The notes beneath the pieces are model-generated. The model was not told the DNA's origin, did no database searches, and saw nothing but the letters and a program-made list of their open reading frames with translations. A stretch of 64,000 nt of DNA from Candidatus Pelethomonas sp. (lineage in GTDB: Bacteria > Bacillota > Clostridia > Oscillospirales > Oscillospiraceae), in NCBI GenBank assembly GCA_048404665.1, contig DBFJQM010000002.1, positions 18,845-82,844 of the forward strand. The letters run 5' to 3'. Position 1 is the stretch's first letter, and every line of letters begins with the position of its first letter. Both the position numbers and the translations under genes were made by a program. Shown in pieces: positions 56,883-64,000 of this stretch.

Positions 56883-56885
56883 GGC

Positions 56886-57485
56886 TTATTTCCCTCCCTT
56901 GACCTTGCTGCGGGCCCACTGCATCAGGGCGATGAGGCAGCCCAGGGTCAGAAAGCCGCCCACCGGCTGGGCCAGCAGCATGGCGGCGTACCGGCTGGGG
57001 TAGACGGGCATCCCTGCCAGGGTGCCGCTGCCCAGCACCTCGCGGATGGCGCTCATCACCAGCAGCACCGCCGTATAGCCCAGGCCCTGGCACACGCCGT
57101 CCGCCGCGGAGGCCAGCACGCCGTGCTTGGAGGCGAAGGACTCCGCCCGGGCCAGGATGATGCAGTTGACCACGATCAGGGGGATAAACACCCCCAGGCT
57201 CTCGGCGATATCAGGCAGGAACGCCTGGAGCAGCAGGTCCACCATGGTGACGAACCCCGCGATGACCACGATGTAGGCGGCGATGCGAATCTGGTCGGGG
57301 ATGATCTTTCGCAGCAGGGAAATGACGATGTTGGAGCAGGTCAGGATGATGAGCACGCTGAAGCCCATGCCCAGGCCGTTGGACACCGTGGTGGTGATGG
57401 CCAGGGTGGAGCACATGCCCAGAAGCTGCACCAGCACCGGGTTTTCGGTGATGAGGCCCTGCTTGAGCTGTTTACCAAAGTTCAT
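56886..57485 (-). CDS. rnfE: Rnf complex subunit E
   Basis: 199-aa polytopic protein, RnfE/NqrD-like. Confidence 0.95.
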   Translation of the reverse strand: MNFGKQLKQGLITENPVLVQLLGMCSTLAITTTVSNGLGMGFSVLIILTCSNIVISLLRKIIPDQIRIAAYIVVIAGFVTMVDLLLQAFLPDIAESLGVFIPLIVVNCIILARAESFASKHGVLASAADGVCQGLGYTAVLLVMSAIREVLGSGTLAGMPVYPSRYAAMLLAQPVGGFLTLGCLIALMQWARSKVKGGK

Positions 57486-57502
57486 AACGCTTCTCCTCCT
57501 CC

Positions 57503-58099
57503 CTACTGTACAGAGGCCACGGCGTCCAGGGCCGCGTTGACCCCGGCGGTGACGCCCCGGGAGCTCATAGTGGCCCCGGTGACGCCGTCGAACCGGTTGG
57601 CCCCGGTGTTGACGGTGATCTCACCGCCGTCATGGCTCATGCCGATGAACCGGTCCAGCACGGACTGGTCTCCCACCACCTTGCTGCCGATGTTGGCGGT
57701 CTCGCTCTGCTTGGTGACGGCCACGCCGGTGACCTTGCCGTCCATGCTCACGCCCACCATCATCTCGATGGCTCCGCCGAAGCCGCTGGAGGACACCTGG
57801 GCCACGTAGCCCAACTGGGCCCCGCTGCCCCAGGCCGCGTAAAGGACGGTCCCGTTCTCCCCGCCGGTCTCCAGCTTCTCATAGCTCAGCGCCGGCAGCA
57901 CCTGGGCCATGGCGGCGGCGTTTTTCTCCGCCTGCATCTGGTCGATGATGGGCTTGGTGACGTAGTTCACCGCCCCCAGCAGCAGGGCCACCACCAGGCA
58001 GATGCCCAGCAGCGTCCCGGCCAGCTTCCCCACAAATTTGGGGTCCAGCGCCAGCTTCTGCTTCTCCGCGGACTTGGCCGCGGCAGTTGTCCCGCTCAT
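57503..58099 (-). CDS. rnfG: Rnf complex subunit G (FMN-binding)
   Basis: ORF 57503..58231, trimmed to MSGTTAAAKS (ATG 58099, ATGA overlap with the rnfD stop). FMN attachment motif ...GVTGATMSSRG.... Confidence 0.85.
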   Translation of the reverse strand: MSGTTAAAKSAEKQKLALDPKFVGKLAGTLLGICLVVALLLGAVNYVTKPIIDQMQAEKNAAAMAQVLPALSYEKLETGGENGTVLYAAWGSGAQLGYVAQVSSSGFGGAIEMMVGVSMDGKVTGVAVTKQSETANIGSKVVGDQSVLDRFIGMSHDGGEITVNTGANRFDGVTGATMSSRGVTAGVNAALDAVASVQ

Positions 58100-59139
58100 T
58101 TGGACGCCGCCTCCTTCTTCTCCTCCTTGGCCTTTTTGACCCTGGGCTTCTTCTCCACGCCAAAGCGGGCGGGATGGACGTTCTTGTCGATGAGCCACAC
58201 CGTCAGGTTCATCACCAGGATGGCGTAGCACACGCCCTCGTTATAGGCCCCGAAGTACCGGATGAACACGGTGATAAGCCCGCAGCCGATGCCGAAGATC
58301 ACCTGGCCCCGGCGGCTCACCGGGGAGGTGACGTAGTCGGTGGCCATGAAGAAGGCCCCCAGCATCAGGCCGCCGCCCAGGAGGTTGTAGAGCATCCAGG
58401 TCATGGGGTCGTTGCCCCGGGGGAACAGGAAGGTGAGCACCGCCACGGTGCCGATGTAGCTGACAGGGATGTACCAGGTGATGATCTTGCGGAAGATGAG
58501 CCACACGCCGCCCAGAATCAGCAGCAGGGCGCTGACCTCCCCCAGGGAGCCGCCGATAAGGCCCACCAGCATATCCTTCAGGTCGTAGTACTGCGTCAGG
58601 CCCGCCAGATCGTTCTCCGCCAAAAAGGCCATGGGGGTGGGTCCGGTGACCACGTCCGCCGTCCCCCACAGGGGAGCCAGCGCGTCGGCCCGGGCCCGGG
58701 GCACCACCCAGCTGCCCATCTCCCCGGCCCAGGACATCATGAAGGCCCGGGCCGCCAGGGCGGGGTTCAGGAAGTTCTTGCCCACGCCGCCGAAGAGCTG
58801 CTTGACCACCACGATGGCGAAAAAGTCGCCGATGAGGAGCACCCAGTAGGGCGCGGTGACGGGGCAGACAAAGGCGATGAGCACGCCGGTGACCGCCGCG
58901 CTGAGGTCGCCCACGGTGTTGTTCTTCTTCATCATGGCCCGGTAGGCCCACTCGAAGAAGCAGCAGCCCGCCACAGAGACGGCGGTGGCGCTCAGCGCCC
59001 GCCAGCCGAAATTGTAAATGGCGAAGCACAGCGCCGGCACCAGGGCCAGCAGCACCTCCCCCATGATGTGGCCGGTGCCGGCCTTGGTACGGACATGGGG
59101 GGACGAGGACCCGATCAGATTAAGCTCTTTGTAGTCCAT
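58096..59139 (-). CDS. rnfD: Rnf complex subunit D
   Basis: 347-aa polytopic protein, RnfD/NqrB-like. Confidence 0.95.
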   Translation of the reverse strand: MDYKELNLIGSSSPHVRTKAGTGHIMGEVLLALVPALCFAIYNFGWRALSATAVSVAGCCFFEWAYRAMMKKNNTVGDLSAAVTGVLIAFVCPVTAPYWVLLIGDFFAIVVVKQLFGGVGKNFLNPALAARAFMMSWAGEMGSWVVPRARADALAPLWGTADVVTGPTPMAFLAENDLAGLTQYYDLKDMLVGLIGGSLGEVSALLLILGGVWLIFRKIITWYIPVSYIGTVAVLTFLFPRGNDPMTWMLYNLLGGGLMLGAFFMATDYVTSPVSRRGQVIFGIGCGLITVFIRYFGAYNEGVCYAILVMNLTVWLIDKNVHPARFGVEKKPRVKKAKEEKKEAASK

Positions 59140-59141
59140 GC

Positions 59142-60512
59142 TCAGACCTCCTTCTTCGGCCCGGCGGCCTTAGCCGCCTTCTCCGCCGCGGCCTTGGCGG
59201 CGGCGCGGGCGTTGTTGATCTTCTGTTTGCCGGCCCGGAAGGTCTGGACCAGGTGGAGCCGTCCGGGACAGATGTAGGTGCAGGCCCCGCACTCGATGCA
59301 GTCCAGCACATTGGCGCTCTCCAGCTCCGTCAGCATCCCGGCCCGCTCGTACTGGTACATGAACACCGGCTGCAGGTGCATGGGGCACACGCTGATGCAC
59401 TTGCCGCAGCGGATGCAGGCGGGGTGCTCCACGGTGCGCTCCTCATCCTCGCAGAAGGCCAGGATGGCGTTGGTGCCCTTGCCGATGGGGGCGGACATGT
59501 CGTACTGGGAGTGGCCCATCATGGGGCCGCCCATGAGGATCTTGAAGGTGTTCTTCTTCACGCCGCCGCAGGCGTCCAGCAGCTCGCTGATGGGGGTCCC
59601 GATGGGGCACAGCAGGTTCTTCGGCTCCTTCACGCCGGAGCCGGACACCGTCACCACCCGGTGGGTCACCGGCGCGCCGGTGGTCACCGCCCGGTAGATG
59701 GCGGCGGTGGTCACCACGTTGAACACCGCGCAGCCGATGGCGGCGGGCAGCCCGCCGGGGGGCACCTGGCGGCCGGTGATGGACTGGCACAGCTGCTTTT
59801 CCGCGCCCTGGGGGTAGCGGGTGGTGAGCACATCCACCACCACGGGGGCCTTGGCCTGCTCGATCTTCATTTTCAGCAGCTCGGCGGCGTTGGCCTTGTT
59901 CTCCTCGATGCCGATGTGGACCCGATCCACGCCGAAGGCCCGGGCCAGGATGGCCGCGCCGCCGATGACCTCCTCCGGGTACTCCAGGAGGAAGCGGTGG
60001 TCGCTGGTGATGTAAGGCTCGCACTCGCTGGCGTTGATGATGACGGTGTCCACCTTGCCCAGGCCGGAGCTGATCTTCACGTGGGTGGGGAACGTGGCGC
60101 CGCCCATGCCCACGATGCCGGCGTTTTTCACCAGCTCCACCAGCTGCTCCGCCGTCAGCTCCCCGGGGTTCTCCACGCCCTTCAGATCCGGGCAGGGGGT
60201 GTCCTCAAAGTCGTTTTCGATGACCACGCTCATCACCGGCACGCCGCTGAAGTGGATGCGGGGCTCCACCGCCGCCACCCTGCCGGAGATGCTGGCATGG
60301 ATGGGCGCGGACACAAAGGCCGTCGCCTCCCCGATCTTCTGTCCCACCGTCACATGGTCCCCCACCGCCACGCAGGGCTGGCAGGGGGCGCCGATGTGCA
60401 GGGACATGGGGATCACCACCTGGGCGGGAGGCGGCAGCAGCTCAATGGGCTTTTTATTCGTGGCGGCCTTTTTATCCTGGGGATGGATGCCGCCAAAAAA
60501 CGATTGTGCCAT
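59142..60512 (-). CDS. rnfC: Rnf complex subunit C
   Basis: ATG 60512 (MAQSFFGGIHP) behind GAGGTGAAGG. NADH-binding domain plus two CxxCxxCxxxCP motifs. Confidence 0.95.
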   Translation of the reverse strand: MAQSFFGGIHPQDKKAATNKKPIELLPPPAQVVIPMSLHIGAPCQPCVAVGDHVTVGQKIGEATAFVSAPIHASISGRVAAVEPRIHFSGVPVMSVVIENDFEDTPCPDLKGVENPGELTAEQLVELVKNAGIVGMGGATFPTHVKISSGLGKVDTVIINASECEPYITSDHRFLLEYPEEVIGGAAILARAFGVDRVHIGIEENKANAAELLKMKIEQAKAPVVVDVLTTRYPQGAEKQLCQSITGRQVPPGGLPAAIGCAVFNVVTTAAIYRAVTTGAPVTHRVVTVSGSGVKEPKNLLCPIGTPISELLDACGGVKKNTFKILMGGPMMGHSQYDMSAPIGKGTNAILAFCEDEERTVEHPACIRCGKCISVCPMHLQPVFMYQYERAGMLTELESANVLDCIECGACTYICPGRLHLVQTFRAGKQKINNARAAAKAAAEKAAKAAGPKKEV

Positions 60513-60780
60513 ATCCTTCACCTCGTTTGACCGCGGAGGGTCTGTCCGCGGGTTGTATGTTCGCCAGCTCTCATCATACTCTCATCTTCCTCTGCTGTCC
60601 AGAGAAATTTGTGCATTTTTTGGATTTTTGTGTTGGATATCCCTGCGATAACTGGTCATGTTTGTTAATTCACTAACGATTTTCCCGGGATACGCCCACT
60701 TGCGCCCGCCGGTTTTTTCTGGTATGATAGGGGCAAACCTGCCCGAAAATATCAAAATCTCTGGATCGGAGGACACTTCT

Positions 60781-61554
60781 ATGCTGGACCGGCAAGAGAT
60801 CAAGCTGCAATCGAAGTCCATTTTGCGCACCGCCCGGGTCAACCCCCTGCTCATGACCGCCATTCTTCTCATCATCCAGTATGTGCTCAACAAGATCGTC
60901 ACCTACGTGCAGTACGGCTCCCTCACCACCTGGGACATGGACTACCGCCTGCTCCAGGCCATGGCCTCCGGGGATCTGAACGCCTACTACGCCCTGCTGG
61001 ACTCCCTGCCCCAGGTCTCCGCCGCCGGGAGCTTTCTGTCCATTCTGGTGGGGCTTGTGGTGACGGTGCTCACCGCCGGGTACTATATCTACTGCATGGG
61101 CATCCGCCAGGGGCTGGAGATGCCCTACAGCTCCCTGCTGGACGGTCTCAGCCTGGCGGGGCGGCTGATCTGGTGCAACATCCTCGTGGGCATCAAGGTC
61201 GCCCTGTGGTCCATGCTGTTCTTCTTCCCCGGCGTGGTGGCCGTGTACCGCTACCGGTTCGCCGTCTACAACCTGCTCACCGACAGCTCCCTCACCGCCT
61301 CCCAGGCCATCCGCCTCAGCTGCGAGCAGACCCGGGGCATCAAGGGGCAGCTCTTTGTCCTGGACCTGAGCTTTCTTGGCTGGTCCATCCTGGCCAGCCT
61401 GACCATGGGCATCCTGAACATCTGGCTGACGCCCTACATGGCCCTGTGCGACCTGGCCTACTTTGAGGACGCCCAGCTGCGCCTGGGCCGCAGCCCCTAC
61501 GGCGGCCAAAGCGGCGACCAGGGCGCCGCCCCGCCCCCCTCCTGGGAGCTGTAA
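60781..61554 (+). CDS. DUF975-like integral membrane protein
   Basis: ORF 60658..61554, trimmed to MLDRQEIKLQSKSILR (ATG 60781) behind GGAGGA. The pattern is typical of the DUF975 family as I remember it. Confidence 0.65.
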   Translation: MLDRQEIKLQSKSILRTARVNPLLMTAILLIIQYVLNKIVTYVQYGSLTTWDMDYRLLQAMASGDLNAYYALLDSLPQVSAAGSFLSILVGLVVTVLTAGYYIYCMGIRQGLEMPYSSLLDGLSLAGRLIWCNILVGIKVALWSMLFFFPGVVAVYRYRFAVYNLLTDSSLTASQAIRLSCEQTRGIKGQLFVLDLSFLGWSILASLTMGILNIWLTPYMALCDLAYFEDAQLRLGRSPYGGQSGDQGAAPPPSWEL

Positions 61555-61575
61555 GGTAAAAACTTTCCCCGGAAG

Positions 61576-61618
61576 AAACGAGACGTGTACCGCATCCGGT
61601 ACACGTCTCGTTTTTCAT
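61576..61618. terminator. Bidirectional terminator
   Basis: AAACGAGACGTGTACCG-catc-CGGTACACGTCTCGTTT + TT. Confidence 0.7.
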
Positions 61619-61631
61619 TTGGGAAATCGTA

Positions 61632-62396
61632 TTATACATGGATCTGGAAGCCGTCGAAGGAAAAGACCCCGCCGCCCTGGGCCAGCTTTCCCTCCTCCGC
61701 CAGCCGGTCAAAGGCCCTGTCGATCTCCCCCACAAGGGACGCGGGGACGTCCAGCCGGTGGTGGCCGGGCAGCACCCGCTTTACGTCCAGGGCCCGGACC
61801 TTTTTCACGGACTGCCGGAACAGCGCCGGGTCCGTGGTGGGGTAGAAGGCGTCCAGGCAGCCGCTGTAGATCAGGTCCCCTGCGTACAGATACCCCCGGT
61901 CCGGCTCGTAGAAGCAGCAGTGGCCCGGGGAGTGCCCCGGCGTATGGAGCACCGTTACCTCCCTGCCGCCCAGGTCCAGCCGGTTCCCGTCCTCCAGAAG
62001 CCGGTCCGGCTCTCCCTGGTAGAGCTGATAGTCCTCCAGGCGGAAGTCCGCCGGGAAGCCGCAGGGCCGGGCGGTAAGGCTGCCCTTCACCGCCGCCAGG
62101 GGCAGGGGAAAGCGCTCCGCCAGCCAGCTCCGCTCCGCCCGGTGGACGGCAATACGGTCAAAGTCCCCCAGGCCGCCGATGTGGTCCCAGTGGACGTGGG
62201 TGACCGCCGCCGTGACGGGGAGCCGGGTCAGCCGGTCCACCTCCGCCCGGATGTTCCCCACCCCCAGGCCGGTATCAATGAGCAGCGCCCGGTCCCGGCC
62301 CAGCAGGAGATAGCAGTGGGTCTCCTCCCAGTGGCGGTACTCGCTGATGGCGAAGGTGCTGCCGTCAATGGCCTCTACCGTGAACCAGCTGTCCAC
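61632..62396 (-). CDS. MBL-fold metallo-hydrolase
   Basis: 254 aa with a THVHWDHIGG (HxHxDH) motif. Confidence 0.85.
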   Translation of the reverse strand: MDSWFTVEAIDGSTFAISEYRHWEETHCYLLLGRDRALLIDTGLGVGNIRAEVDRLTRLPVTAAVTHVHWDHIGGLGDFDRIAVHRAERSWLAERFPLPLAAVKGSLTARPCGFPADFRLEDYQLYQGEPDRLLEDGNRLDLGGREVTVLHTPGHSPGHCCFYEPDRGYLYAGDLIYSGCLDAFYPTTDPALFRQSVKKVRALDVKRVLPGHHRLDVPASLVGEIDRAFDRLAEEGKLAQGGGVFSFDGFQIHV

Positions 62397-62400
62397 GGCG

Positions 62401-63990
62401 TCACTTCTTTCCGCTCAACCGCCCCAGGCACTGGAGCAGCACCAGCTGGTCCGTCAGCTGGTCCCGGTAGCTGTCGTAGCCCTTCCACAGGTACATGGGT
62501 GCGTTGGACCAACAGCCGTAAAGGTCCCAGCCGTCCTCCTCCGCTCCCCCGGCCCGCCTAAACAGCCGGTGGAACAGGTCGTGGAGGGTGTCCCGCAGCT
62601 CCCCGTCGCTCTCCGGGTCCGCCGCCAGGGACGCAAGGCGCGCCTCCAGGTCCCCTGGGATGCCCTCCAGGGCGCCCTCCGCCCGGGCCTGGAAGGCGGG
62701 CAGCTCCGGCAGAGCCGCCAGCTCCTCCCGGCTTTGGAGCAGCTTTTTCTCCTCCTCGGCCCAGTACAGCAGCACCTCAAAGCCGTGGCGCAGCCGCTCC
62801 CGGGTGTGCTCCAGATCCTCCCCGGTGTTCCGCCAGTCCGGCTCAAAGTCCAGGCAGCCGTCGTTGGTGACGGCGATCTCCCGGACCCGGCCCAGGCTGT
62901 CCACATCCACCAGGCACAGGAAGGCGTAGCTGTCAGGCCGCCCGTCCCCGATGAGGAGGCACCGCTTGCCGCTCTGCCAGTAGAGGGGCTCCGCCCCGGT
63001 GTGGTCCACGCCGGTGATGGTGCCGGGGGTGACGGACCACAGGCCCGCCTCAAAAAGCTGCTCCCCTACGGTGTCCAGCAGGGCCAGAGCGCTGTCCAGC
63101 CCCTCCTGGCGGTTGTCCATAAAGGTGACGGCGCAGTCGCTGCGGACCGCGCCCCGCAGCCGCTGGACGCCGCCGTGGGCAAAGAAGTAGGTCATTAGCT
63201 CCAGGGCGTGCTGCTCGCTGTACACCGCCCCGGCGGCGTACTCGCCGATGGCCGCGTCCCCGGAGAGGGTACACAGGGCGGAGACGATGGCCCCCACCTG
63301 CACATTGTCCTTCTGGTCCTCCGCCACCATGTCCATCGGGTGGCACAGCTCGATGTCCCCGAACCGGGTGGAGACGGTGACGCTCAGGAACTTGGTCAGG
63401 GGCTCCATGCCCAGGTAGGTCTCCCCCACCCGGGCGTCCTTCACCACGCCCCGCAGCAGCACCGCGTCCGGCTCCAGGGCGGGGCAGTCCGGTCCCCGGC
63501 GGGGAGCGCCGCCGTTATGGGCGGCCTCCCAGGCGTCGGCGCCGGCCCACTGGCCCGCCTCGTAGAGGTCCCCCTCCGCCAGGACCAGGTCCTCAAAGGG
63601 AGGCTTTTTCTTCTGGGCGGCGGCGTAGTCCGCCTCAGCGGTGAAATATTCCACCCACCGGGGAAAGGCCGCCATGTTCAGCCGCACCGGCTCCCGGCCC
63701 GTCCAGGTGAGCACGTCGGCGTTCACCACGGAGATGGGGATGCTGGTCACCTCGCAGCTGTACTCCCCGGTGCGGCGGGTCTCCGTCCGCTCCACCCAGC
63801 GCTGGAGCGGGTCGTAGCCGTAGACGGCGGGGTCATCCTCCGCCCCGGGCGCCGGCCGCTCCCCCTCCGTCCGCCGGGGGCACAGCTCCGGCGGGAACTC
63901 CCAGACGCAGCGAGACACGGCGTGGGTGTCCATACCCAGCAGCAGCTCCTCCCCGGTGTCCGGGTCCGGCATGGTGCGCACGTTCACCAT
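62401..63990 (-). CDS. Large hypothetical protein (at least 529 aa), no recognisable domain
   Basis: Single long ORF with normal codon bias for this sequence. The frame stays open to the window edge, so the true start may lie beyond 64000. Confidence 0.55.
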   Translation of the reverse strand: MVNVRTMPDPDTGEELLLGMDTHAVSRCVWEFPPELCPRRTEGERPAPGAEDDPAVYGYDPLQRWVERTETRRTGEYSCEVTSIPISVVNADVLTWTGREPVRLNMAAFPRWVEYFTAEADYAAAQKKKPPFEDLVLAEGDLYEAGQWAGADAWEAAHNGGAPRRGPDCPALEPDAVLLRGVVKDARVGETYLGMEPLTKFLSVTVSTRFGDIELCHPMDMVAEDQKDNVQVGAIVSALCTLSGDAAIGEYAAGAVYSEQHALELMTYFFAHGGVQRLRGAVRSDCAVTFMDNRQEGLDSALALLDTVGEQLFEAGLWSVTPGTITGVDHTGAEPLYWQSGKRCLLIGDGRPDSYAFLCLVDVDSLGRVREIAVTNDGCLDFEPDWRNTGEDLEHTRERLRHGFEVLLYWAEEEKKLLQSREELAALPELPAFQARAEGALEGIPGDLEARLASLAADPESDGELRDTLHDLFHRLFRRAGGAEEDGWDLYGCWSNAPMYLWKGYDSYRDQLTDQLVLLQCLGRLSGKK

Positions 63991-64000
63991 GGCGTCCCCC

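Overview
This is a GC-rich chromosomal segment that looks like a strictly anaerobic Firmicute of class Clostridia. That assignment is inferred from gene content only: Rnf complex, NfnAB, V-type ATPase, RNase Y, HrcA/CIRCE and a T-box leader. About 60 genes are present, most on the minus strand.

**Housekeeping blocks**
- nfnAB (left edge) and tRNA-Thr
- rny, a cell-wall amidase and glnA
- a TAXI-type TRAP transporter
- thrS with a T-box leader
- a nine-gene V-type ATPase operon
- rpiB and hrcA-grpE-dnaK-dnaJ with a perfect CIRCE element
- rnfCDGEAB

**Accessory blocks**
- An 11-kb rhamnose/rhamnoside utilisation island (rhaD-rhaA-rhaB, GH3, GH78, GPH symporter, AraC regulator), bracketed by two copies of a ~75-nt hairpin-containing repeat.
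- A heterodimeric ABC exporter pair, one gene of which is frameshifted.
- A 10-gene operon of small enzymes and membrane proteins, led by an HMA-domain protein.
- A NifU-like/GGGtGRT gene pair of unknown function.

**Most noteworthy non-genic signals**
- A stand-alone cobalamin-riboswitch-like transcription unit with no ORF behind it, next to the GGGtGRT pair.
- An 18-bp palindrome, AGTTAG-N6-CTAACT, present three times. It links the ABC exporter and the HMA-led operon into one putative regulon with no regulator gene in view.
- A low-GC, four-hairpin spacer inside the V-ATPase operon.

No CRISPR array, rRNA, transposase, integrase or recognisable defence system was found. All coordinates of hairpins and motifs were counted by hand and may be off by 1-2 nt.
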